A DNA stretch of 64,000 nt from Zancudomyces culisetae HAW-14-8 (lineage: Eukaryota; Fungi; Kickxellomycota). The translations under genes were made by a program, and so were the position numbers. The notes below the pieces were generated by a model. It was not told where the DNA came from, made no database searches, and worked only from the letters and a program-made list of their open reading frames with translations. Location: contig JBNJNM010000013.1 of NCBI GenBank assembly GCA_052426225.1, positions 1,860,001 through 1,924,000 of the forward strand, in the 5' to 3' direction. How positions within the stretch are numbered: position 1 is the stretch's first letter; every line of letters begins with the position of its first letter. Positions 48,702 to 59,321 of this stretch are shown piece by piece.

Positions 48702-50153
48702 ATGAAGACACGAAGACAAAAGAGAACAGAAAATTTGGGAGAAAAGTTAAGTGAAAACGAAAACGAAAACACTAACGAAAATGAAAATGAAAATGAAAAT
48801 GCAGACGAAAATGAAATCGAAATCGAAAATGCACCTCAAGACCAAAGGCAAATCCAAATGCATGAGGTTGGTAAATTGAATAATTTGCAAAATGAAGCGA
48901 CAATAAATAGGCCGAATCCTACAGTGGAGGAGAACAGCGAAGAATCCGTAAATATAAAACCGGGTAGCAAAAGGGTAACAGTTCAGAGGAATAAAGGGGG
49001 TGTGGTTAAAGTTGGAGCTGAGAAAAGTATTCGAAGGCGTAAAAAATCCGACAAAGTTGTGGATACAAACACAAATGATAATACAAATAAGAGTGGAGAA
49101 GAGGAACAAGAAAGTTTGGATATAGCATCGAAGAAGGGTCAGGTGAAAAAACCACGAAAACGGGTAAATAAAGAGGGAGAGGGAGTGAAAAAGGGAGTGA
49201 AAAAGGGAGTGAAAAAGGGAGTGAAAAAGGGAAAGGATGTGGGAAAGAAGGAGATGAATGAAGAGGATGTGGTGGTGGTATTTGGTCCTGAATTGGCAGA
49301 ACCAACTGGTGAACCATCCAAAAGCACAGTGCCTAAAGGTCGAAAGTCAAAACCAGCGGTTAAATCAAAGGTAAAAGTTACAGACACGGATAAAAGTGTG
49401 GATACATTATCCACCACACAACCAGAAGGAGAGGGTAACGATACAGGATTGAGTAAAAAAAGAAAAGTGAGTGTGGCAGGGAAAGCAAGGAAAAAGACAA
49501 AGACAAAGACAGATTATCAAGAAATAGCTATTGAGCAGGGAGAATTCATACAGGAGCAATTGTTAGCGATGTATAAACAGAGGCTTCCTGGATGTTTTAA
49601 CAGTAGCAGTCGAGCTGAGGTTGAAGGAGGAGTGACGGAGAATGTAGAGAAAGAGAAAGGGAAAGAGAAAGAGAAAGGGGGGACGGGAGGAGAAAGAGGA
49701 AGAGGAGGAGGAAGAGGAAGAGGAAGAGGAAGAGGAAGAGAACGAGGACGAGGAGGAGGAAGAGGAGGGAAAAAGTTGGTATGTGGGAGGGAGAATGTAC
49801 AATTTATAAAGAGTGTTTATGAGAGGGGGAGCAATGGTAATAATGAAAGTGATGGGATTGAAAGTCTTAACCAAGAGGCGATAATACAAAATGAAGCGAT
49901 GAAAAAGGCACTGTTTGCAGAACATGTGACAGATTTAGAAAAGTCAGATTGGTATCCAGAGTTTATAAATGTTTTAAAGTGGGCATTTGAAACGAATGCA
50001 CAGGAAAATAGTAATAATAATAATAATAGTAATAATAATAATAGTGGTGATGGTGGTATAAATCAAGAGAGACCAATCATAAGTGATAAAGTTAGAGAAA
50101 AAATGATCAAGAGTTTTATTAACATCAACAAAATCATCAAAAAGAAAAAATAA
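48702..50153 (+). CDS. Hypothetical Lys/Glu-rich low-complexity protein with RG repeat, probably nuclear (483 aa)
   Basis: Long ORF; basic NLS-like clusters, (KKGV)4, GRGRGRG tract and short helical C-terminal region; no family recognised. Confidence 0.75.
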   Translation: MKTRRQKRTENLGEKLSENENENTNENENENENADENEIEIENAPQDQRQIQMHEVGKLNNLQNEATINRPNPTVEENSEESVNIKPGSKRVTVQRNKGGVVKVGAEKSIRRRKKSDKVVDTNTNDNTNKSGEEEQESLDIASKKGQVKKPRKRVNKEGEGVKKGVKKGVKKGVKKGKDVGKKEMNEEDVVVVFGPELAEPTGEPSKSTVPKGRKSKPAVKSKVKVTDTDKSVDTLSTTQPEGEGNDTGLSKKRKVSVAGKARKKTKTKTDYQEIAIEQGEFIQEQLLAMYKQRLPGCFNSSSRAEVEGGVTENVEKEKGKEKEKGGTGGERGRGGGRGRGRGRGRERGRGGGRGGKKLVCGRENVQFIKSVYERGSNGNNESDGIESLNQEAIIQNEAMKKALFAEHVTDLEKSDWYPEFINVLKWAFETNAQENSNNNNNSNNNNSGDGGINQERPIISDKVREKMIKSFININKIIKKKK

Positions 50154-50164
50154 TAAAGAACTAT

Positions 50165-51808
50165 TTACAACGAGATGTCTTGGTCGTTGCAAGCGACTTT
50201 GAATTCAAGTTTTCCAGATGAAGATATAAAGACAGTCAGGTCAACATTGTCAGTATCTGAATCGGAGGATGAAGGAACAGAGAACTCAGCAATTAGAGGA
50301 GCAGATGAATCGGGGACGTAGCGGGGAGCGGAAGAGTTATCCTCAGCTGAGTCATCTTCATCGTCGGATTCAGAGTGTGGAGGCTGGTACAATGAACCTT
50401 TGCAGACGGCAAAGTGGTGGTTGGCGCCGTTCTTGGGGATGGCAAAGGAGAACTTCTTGACGAATGGAAGTGGAGAGTTTCTTGGGACCAGAGGATGGAA
50501 CAAGGAGTCGGCAAGCTTCAGACCAATTGGGTAAGAAGGCGACGAGCGGGCAGAGATGGCGGGGTTGTGGTCGTTGTATGCGGCCAGTTTGGAAGAGCCG
50601 ATGGCAATAGCCTCGTCACATTCGATGCTGTGAGATTTTCCTTTACCAGAGCCAGAGCCAGAGCCAGAGTCAGCATTTTGGGAGGAGGTTGCTGTTGAAA
50701 CTGAGGCGTAAGGGAACAGAGCCTTGACTCTGTTGGCCAATTTGGGGATTTTACAACTTCCTCCAAGCAACACAATTGAGTCTATTTCTGATCTGTTGTA
50801 GCTGTATGATTGCAATAGTGTGTCGATTGTGTCAATGAGCTGGGTGTACAGCTTGGCAGATAGCAAATCAAATCTTACTCTGGTAATGTTTGCTGAGAAA
50901 TCGACTCCGTTGTCAAGTGCCTCAACAAAACAATGTGCTGTGGTTGAGAGCGAAAGTGTGTGCTTGGCGTTTTCTACTGAATGTTGCAGTTTGATTGTGG
51001 CTCTGGTTGATGTTGGTGGTTGCTTGTGCAAGTAGTTTGTCAACACCTTGTCAAACTCCTCTCCACTAACCTTGTCAGTGACCACTGTTCCGATTTCGCT
51101 CACCAACTCGCCTACTGTGTAAATACTAACTGCTGTCTTTGTTCCTCCCACATTTACAACAAGTACGTTCTTGGTGTGTTCCTTGTCTGCTGCCAACAGT
51201 TTTTGTCCTCTAGTGCTGCTGACTATTCCTGCTGTCTGCTCGTCAACCAATTGTGCGTTTGGAATATCCAACTCCTTGCACAGCTGTTGCATCTGCTCTC
51301 TTTGCTTACTGTTAAAGTAGCTTGGGACTGAGATTGCTACTCCTGCGATCTTCTTGGTTTCTCCTATATACTTTGTTACCACCTTGTAAAGGTTGTCAAT
51401 ATATTCCTTCATTATTTGGTATACTGTGTACTCCTTTCCGTTGATCGTATATCCTAGCTCCCCTGTTGTTGCAAGTCTTTGCAATTTACAAAACACACTC
51501 TTGCTTTCTTTCTCAATAGCTGCGTCTTGGGCCTCCTTCTCTGTTATTCCCAAGTAATCTTTAAACTTCACTACTGTGTTTCCACTGTTATAAGCGCTCT
51601 GGATCTTGGCCTGACTTCCGAATACCACTTCCTCTTCGTGTCCCTCCTCTTCCTCATGGTCTTTGGTGATTCCTATATACAATGGTGTTTTGTGCTCTCC
51701 ATCATTGTTGGCTATTACGTGGCTGTCTCCCTCCCGATCGCTTATCGCAATCACGGTATTGTATGTTCCAAGACTTATACCCACATATACATTTACTCTT
51801 TCCTGCAT
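50165..51808 (-). CDS. SSZ1: Atypical ribosome-associated Hsp70 (Ssz1/HSPA14)
   Basis: Degenerate Hsp70 ATPase motifs GISLGTYNTVIA, VIANNDGEHKTP, AISVPSYF, LLGGSCKIPKL; truncated substrate-binding domain without lid. Confidence 0.85.
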   Translation of the reverse strand: MQERVNVYVGISLGTYNTVIAISDREGDSHVIANNDGEHKTPLYIGITKDHEEEEGHEEEVVFGSQAKIQSAYNSGNTVVKFKDYLGITEKEAQDAAIEKESKSVFCKLQRLATTGELGYTINGKEYTVYQIMKEYIDNLYKVVTKYIGETKKIAGVAISVPSYFNSKQREQMQQLCKELDIPNAQLVDEQTAGIVSSTRGQKLLAADKEHTKNVLVVNVGGTKTAVSIYTVGELVSEIGTVVTDKVSGEEFDKVLTNYLHKQPPTSTRATIKLQHSVENAKHTLSLSTTAHCFVEALDNGVDFSANITRVRFDLLSAKLYTQLIDTIDTLLQSYSYNRSEIDSIVLLGGSCKIPKLANRVKALFPYASVSTATSSQNADSGSGSGSGKGKSHSIECDEAIAIGSSKLAAYNDHNPAISARSSPSYPIGLKLADSLFHPLVPRNSPLPFVKKFSFAIPKNGANHHFAVCKGSLYQPPHSESDDEDDSAEDNSSAPRYVPDSSAPLIAEFSVPSSSDSDTDNVDLTVFISSSGKLEFKVACNDQDISL

Positions 51809-52804
51809 TTTTGTTTATAGTCTTTTTTTTTTCTCTCGAATGTTTTGATTTCAAGTGTTTTTTTTATTTAAATAATTTTCTATTAAAGAGTGTTTTATTT
51901 TCTTGCTTTACAAAATATTGGATATACAAGTTGTTGAAAAAAAAAAACCTTTACACACACACTTACACACTCACTTGCTAACTCGCTCACTCAATTCATA
52001 CACACACTTTCTCTATCTACCCTATCTTGTGTAAGCTTTTTAAAGTTTACCAAAAACAATAATAAAAAAAATTTTTTTTTTCTTTTTTACCTGCAAAATG
52101 CTTGCGAATTGCGGAAATAAAATCATGGTGATCCAATAGTTAGTGTCCTTTATAGGTCAAAAGAAGGAAAAAAAATTTTTTTTTTCGATTGTTTTTTTTT
52201 TTTCGCTTTTCACTTTACGCTTTAAAGTATTTTTGTTTATTAATTTTTAGATTTATTAGAGATCATCAAGTTAATGTTTTTGGGGAGGTATGAGGGAGAT
52301 GTAGGAAGGTGTAGGAGGGAGGTGTGGGGGAAAGGAGAGAGAGAGAGAAAGTATTTGGTTTCTTTCTGACCAAATAATTCTACCTACAACCAATTTGTTG
52401 AAAAGTAATGCAACTTTTATGACTCAAAAATTCAAGAATAAAAATATTAAAAAATTTTTTTATATATTTTTGGGAGAGGAAAAAAGAGAGAGTTTTGCCA
52501 AAAAAAAAAAGACAAAAAAAAAAAGAACCAGAAAATTGAGTGGAAATCATTTTTACGTGGTTATAGAATTATATTATACGTGTAATATACAAAGTTGAAT
52601 ACCAACTACAAAAAAAATACTAAATAATAAAAAATAAAAAAAATAATTTAAAATCAAAAAAATATATACTATCGGTTATATTAACTGTTTGTTGTATATA
52701 CTTGTTACTAAATCAAATTAACAATTTTACTATCAGATCTTCACTTCCCTTCCCCCTTTCTCCTTCCTTTATTAAGATTTTATAATAAAAGCACAAAATA
52801 CAAA

Positions 52805-53303
52805 ATGATTATTCCAGTTCGTTGTTTTACTTGTGGTAAAGTTGTTGGTAACAGATGGGAATCGTACTTGGCCTTGTTACAACTAGACTATTCAGAAGGG
52901 TAAGCCTTAAAATTTCTTTTTTTTCTTTTTCTTTTTGTAAAACATTCCTTGTTTAATCATAATATCGGTTGCGAAGGAAATTATATCTTTTGTGAATCAT
53001 GTTTAAATCCACAACTTTGTTGCTTTATTTATACTGGTAATAGTGATGCACTTACCGCTCTGGGCCTCAACAGATACTGCTGCAGACGAATGTTGTTGAC
53101 CCACGTTGATTTAATTGAAAAGCTACTACAATACAATCGTAAGTAAAAGTTTCGTTTTTATACTTTTTACTATTTTGATCTGATACTAGCCATTTATTTA
53201 TGGTTGAATCGATGAGTGAAATTTTACTATATATACATTGGTTCTTGTTCTTTATTAAATGCAATCTGAAAGATTGGATAAAAGCTCTTTGAAAAAAAAA
53301 TGT

Positions 53304-53341
<38 letters not shown>

Positions 53342-53564
53342 ATGTAAAGAGTACATGTTTTTGATGTACTCTTTTTTTTTTTTTTTTGCAACAAAAACGA
53401 AAAAATAAATATTAAACATTCTAATCTCTATAACGAAAAATTTTGCTTTGTGTACCTGCAATCTTGTAGCTTACGAAAAAGTCCAAGTTTCTGAAATCGG
53501 GCTTTCTGCTGACCAGGCTGGAGCAAACTACGATCTCCTCCAAGTAAAACAAGAAGAACAATAG
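52805..53564 (+). CDS. RPB10: RNA polymerases I/II/III subunit Rpb10 (exons 52805-52899, 53044-53138, 53470-53564; 94 aa)
   Basis: [15 protein letters not shown]...[26 protein letters not shown]; GTAAG donors and TAG acceptors. Confidence 0.96.
53301..53338 (+). repeat. (TG)n microsatellite in RPB10 intron 2
   Basis: Directly visible. Confidence 0.9.
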
Positions 53565-53577
53565 ATTTTACAAGTAC

Positions 53578-54043
53578 TTACAAGAGCTCGATTTTTTCCT
53601 TGAATTCTTCAATCTCTTGCTTCTTGATAACTGTGTAATATGCCACACTAGCCAATAATGACCATGCTACATACTCAACAATGAACCATTTGTCCTCCCT
53701 TTTTTTCTGGCGCTCTAGCTCGGCTATCTTTGCCCCGTTTTCGCCTTGAGCCTGGTTCTGGTTTCGTTTCTTTAGCAGTCTTATAGTTGTATAGTTTTTC
53801 ATTTCATAATTTGCCTAGTAATTTGATTTATATTCATATATTTTAGCTTGTTCCTTGATTGTTTTTAGAAATAAAGGATATGGATATGGATATGACTGGA
53901 ATTTTGTGCCACTACACCTCACTCCCAAAAGTGTATCTTTAAACATGAATTCAAGTACAAATACAAGCACAAGCACAAATTTCCATCGACTAGTATAAAC
54001 TTACATAGTTTCTTATTCCAGTTCGTTTTATTGCGTTGAACAT
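53578..54043 (-). CDS. Small single-pass membrane protein, possibly mitochondrial (exons 54043-54005, 53814-53578; ~91 aa)
   Basis: MFNAIKRTGIRNY followed by a GTAAGT donor splices in phase to ANYEMKNY...; basic N-terminus, one hydrophobic helix and charged tail; 3' end uncertain. Confidence 0.55.
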
Positions 54044-56649
54044 TTTTTCTCTCAATCAAAACTTTTCTCTTTTTTTATTTTAGCTATTATCTTTAATCTT
54101 GTTTTATATATTTGTAGCTGTATGCTTCCAGAGTATTTTTTAGTGGATTCGATATACTATTTTCTTTGTAACTCGAGTTGCTAATCTTTCGGAATACTCC
54201 TTATACTCATCTTTTTCAATTAATTTATCTTTATTTTTATTTTTATTGATTGTCAAATTATATTGTAATAGAAAAAATTTTATACTATAGCTCTTTTTTT
54301 TCCCCCTCCTCCCCCATTAAATTAGCAGTTATTTAATTGATATATTAACATTGACGAGTAGGTATAGTTAAAACATTGCATAGATTAAAAAAGACTCGTA
54401 AAAAAAAGAAGCATAAATATGCTCAGTAAATTCAACACACTGGATAACACAACACTTATACCAAAAGGAAAAGGTGTCACAACCCGGTTGAAACTGGGTT
54501 TTGGTGTATAAAGAAAGTACCATTCTGGTTGTAAAGGTATCCCCTTAGCTACTTGATGCACCATTATAGCATTCTTGAATGACTTTATTTGTATATCTAG
54601 AAAAGTTTTTATTTAGTTAGTTGGATAATATAATCCATGATAACAGTTGAGTTGTGATTTTAACTTTATAAGTTTTACCCAACACTGTTTAACTCGAATA
54701 TCACAGTTAACATAATGGTAATACTCGGTTTGGTTGGCACTTTAACACATGCTCTGATTTCACCAAGCGTATTTTTCCTGATGTAGTACATCCTAATGAC
54801 CCAGAGTATGTTTTGTTAAAAGCGATTACTAAGCATGGTGACGAATATACAAATACACCTATGCCGTGTTTTAAAACACGTTTTTTTTTCTTTTTCTTTT
54901 TCTTTTTCTTTTTTTTCTTTTTCTTTTTCTTTTTTTTTCGCAACTGATGAGCTTTTTCTTGTTTATGAGACACTTTCAATTTACAAACTGCAGAAACTCA
55001 AAGCAGAGTAAGCTTGTTTAGGTGGCGAGAAAGGTGGCGGGGAAAAGCGGAAGGAGTGTTCTGTAATGCAATATATTTGGAAAAAAAAATGGCGGTTGAT
55101 TGCCAGTACCAAAGAATACAAACCATTTTTATCCCGAAATATGTAGCGGTGTACATCCTTAGCTTAACTTTTCCTCTTCTCTCCTTTTCATTTCTTGTTT
55201 TTTATTTTACGAATGTTTTGGTACAACAGGCATCTTTTTTTTTATATAGGCAAAAAGGTTTGTAATACTTTTCACATATATCATCTTCAGGAGAGGGATT
55301 ATATTAATTTCTCTTATCACTTATCATGACATTTTATGACAAATTACAAAGATGATGTCTTTTTTTTGGGGGGGAGAGGTGAGGGCGTATTATTACTATC
55401 ATAAAAGCTAATATGGGCAGGGAAACTTTGTTGGTGGGAAACAAAAAACGCGGCTTTTACTGCAGAAAAAACTACACCATCTTGGTTCATATATTCACGT
55501 TCGCTTATCAGCAAGCATCCATTCACTGGCCAAAATATACCTGGATTTTTTTACAATCAAACAATTAGCTAATCGACACAAAACAAAAATCACTGAGGTC
55601 TAACAATCTCATTATCCTTCTTTTCCAACTGGCTCATCGTAATCCAAGCCATACATTCCCAAGCAGTACAGATAAATGGATGTTTGTGATTTACTCGCTC
55701 AGCGACAGAGGGTGTCCATCTACACTTGTCTTTATCTTGGAACTTGATGATGGTTGCAAATACAATAAGGTTGCTTACATATTACAACTAAGCTTTAACC
55801 CACAGCAAGCAAAAAAAGAATGGTGTGTTTTTATCATGTTCCGTTTTTTTTTTAGTAGTTAGTTGGTGATGGGTACCTTCAGCTGATAAATTAATTGTTT
55901 CACTGACCATACTAACGCTTTTGCGTGGCAAAAGGTTTTAGAGGAATGATAAAACCCATCATCACTTTGCCATTGCCTTGGTAGTTTTTTTTTTTTGTCA
56001 AAACGTGAAAATTATGAGGGGGAGAGAAAGGGCGATCGTTAATTGGTTGTTCTTTTGCATATGAAAGTTTCTGTTCCGCTTTTATAAGGGGGGGGAGGGA
56101 GGGGGAGGTGAGCAAAGTTAAAATATTACTATTGACAAACTGATAACGAAATGTATGGCTGTGGAAATTTTTGCATTTAGAGTGCTACCCATTAAGATCA
56201 AAGCAAAATTGGTGTTTTGCGTCTGGAATGTGGTCAGTGTTACTTTTCTTGAGAACTGCACGAAAAAAAGAATCTTATGCTAGTTTTATTTGCAAACTAC
56301 CTTGCTTGAAACCTGTTTTGCACTCATTCTTCCCCCCCAAATATTTTCATTTGACTAGCCCAAATAGAAACTACAATCAAGACAAATTTCTTTTGGTTAA
56401 TATGCAAAAATCATGTTCTGTAACTGCATCTTCTAATCTAGTTTCTTACATTTATTGTTTCAAATGTATATAAAGCTTGGATTGTCCAATTTGAATAACG
56501 AAAAAAAAAAAGTAAAAAGCTTAAAAACAAAAGCATAAAGAAAAACTCACAAAGTATATCTGTACGATAGAGTTTATACCTTTTTTTCATATCATAGGTC
56601 ACAGATACCGTATAGGATTAAAGAATACCTTGTTCAAGATAGTGTAAAA

Positions 56650-58416
56650 ATGCTTAGCACAGAGGCAGCCGAACAACGTGAATTCGCTGAAAAGGTTAAC
56701 CAGGTCAAAGCCTGGTGGAGCAGTCCCCGTTTCCAGCATATCACTAGACCATATTCAGCAGAAAGCATAGTTTCCAAGAGAGGAAGCTTGCAAGTACAGT
56801 ACCCATCAAACGAAATGGCCAAAAAACTACACGCACTTCTCCTAGAACACAAGGCAAACAAAACCTCATCAACAACTTTTGGATGTCTTGATCCTATCCA
56901 AGTAGCTCAGATGGCGAAATACCTTGATACTGTATATGTATCTGGATGGCAGTGCTCCTCCACTGCCAGCACCAGCCACGAACCAGGACCAGGTAAATTA
57001 TTTAACTTACATATTTTTGTAAACCCAAATATCCTGGCCCTATGAAGTTTTTTTTTATATTTCTTTCATTCCAGCTCCCTCTCTTTGCTCATACACTAAC
57101 TTGGTATGCTCAAAAAATGTATACTTTATCTAGATCTTGCTGATTATCCTATGGACACTGTTCCAAACAAGGTCGAACACCTTTTCATGGCCCAATTGTT
57201 CCATGACCGCAAACAAAATGAAGAACGCTATAACATGACACCAGAGGCTCGTGCTGGATCAAAGAAAGTCGATTTCTTGAGACCAATTGTTGCTGATGCC
57301 GACACTGGTCACGGAGGAATTACAGCAGTTATGAAGCTAGCAAAGATGTTTGTTGAAAGAGGAGCCGCTGGTATCCATATTGAAGACCAGGCTGCCGGTA
57401 CAAAGAAATGCGGTCACTTGGCCGGAAAAGTATTGGTTCCAGTGTCAGAACACATCAACCGTCTTGTTGCAATCCGTGCTCAATTCGACATTATGGGCAC
57501 TGAGACAGTTTTGGTTGCCAGAACTGATGCTGAAGCAGCCACTCTGATCACCAGCAATATCGATCCACGTGATCATCCATTCATTTTGGGTTCAACCAAC
57601 CCAGACCTTCAACCTTTGGCAATCTTGATGAGCGAAAAGAACGCCCAAGGTGTATCTGGAGCCGACTTGGCTGCTATCGAGGCTGAATGGTTGAACAAGG
57701 CTAACATCATGACATACCAAGATGCTGTATCCACATGGGCCAAGAAAAACAATGCTCCACAAAGCACTATTTCTGCATTCAGGGCCAACGCCATCAAGCT
57801 GTCCAATGCTGACGCAAGAAAACTAGCAGCATCCACCTTCGGCTCACGTGTCACCACTGAAGTCTTTTGGGACTGGGAGATGCCAAGACCACGCGAAGGA
57901 TACTTCCGCTACCGTGGTGGAACCAAGGCCTGTATTATGAGAGCCATTGCATTTGGACCATATGCTGACCTCCTCTGGATGGAAACCGAAAAGCCCGTTT
58001 TGGCCCAAGCTACTGAGTTTGCCAACGCAGTCATTGCAGCACACCCACACATTCTTCTTGCATACAATCTATCACCCTCATTTAACTGGGATGCTGCTGG
58101 TATGAATGACAAGCAAATTCTAGAGTTCTCTCCTGAATTGTCTAAGCTTGGCTTTGTATGGCAATTCATCACACTTGCTGGTTTCCATGCCACAGGGTTG
58201 TCAACAGACGTATTTTCTAGAGACTTCAAGAAGCGTGGAATGTTGGCATATGTCGATGGAATTCAACGCCAGGAAAGAATCAATGGTGTTGAGACACTTT
58301 CACATCAAAAATGGTCAGGTGCTGCCTATGTTGATGGACTTATGGCCTTGTCGTCTGGCGGTGTATCTGCTACCTCAGCTATGGGTAAGGGTGTTACTGA
58401 GTCCCAATTTAAATAA
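56650..58416 (+). CDS. ICL1: Isocitrate lyase (exons 56650-56992, 57134-58416)
   Basis: [14 protein letters not shown]|DLADYP across the intron, [13 protein letters not shown] catalytic loop, [10 protein letters not shown]; WQFITLAG is ICL-type rather than methylisocitrate-lyase-type. Confidence 0.97.
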
Positions 58417-59321
58417 TCATTTGGTTTTCCCGCTCTTTCCTTTCCTTCCCTTTATCCTAGTATTTTAACCCACAAAGTGTTTCAAGCTCTGCCGTGTTTT
58501 ATAATATAAATTTAACAACAATAAAATTTATAAACCTTTGTCTAACTAATACGCATTGTATTTTCAATTGATTTGTCACGTAAAGGTATAACATGAGTTG
58601 TTGGATTATAAGGAATATGTTTAGGTATCCTATCTGATACAGAAAAAAAGATCGAGTGGAGCCACATATAGGCAAGTTGTATAATTGACTTTTTGTGGTT
58701 GTGTTTCGCTAGCTCAAAACCAAAACATATTTTTCTTGATGGTAAGTCGTGGATTAAAAGTTTGAAGATCATTCCTGAAACTATATATTTTTAAAAGCAG
58801 TAAGAGCATAAAGGACGGATGATAAAGGATATGAATATGAATATGGGAGCAGGGAGCAGGGAGCAGGGAGCAGGAACAGGAACAGGAAGAGAAAAAACCC
58901 ATTGAACCAACGCCCTGTGTGTATAGAGGTTCCTAGGGGGGCTGGAGCGGAATTGACTAATATACTAAATAGGGTAATTTTGTAGGATTTTCTGTGATTT
59001 TTATTAAATAGGGCCACTGTGCAAAAGAAATTTGATTTCTCTTTTTATACTTTTATTTTCTCGTGACAATTCCCTAGCAAATCATTTAAAACATCATTTA
59101 GAATATACCCGGTAATTTTGTACTAAACTAGAATAAAGTGTACATATTTTTATATTCATTTCGTTTTCGTCACCGTAAAGTGTATATGTGGGAATAATAA
59201 GTATTAGCAAACGATCTTGATCTATTCTCTAATGAAACAACAATAGTACTCCGCACAATAGCGCTATTTACACCACCGAGCCGTTTATCCTTCTAGTTAC
59301 GAGAGCTTGCTGGATGCCAAA

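Noticed and set aside
57400-57430. KKCGHL suggesting methylisocitrate lyase
   Set aside because: The specificity segment is WQFIT (ICL type) and there is no mitochondrial presequence
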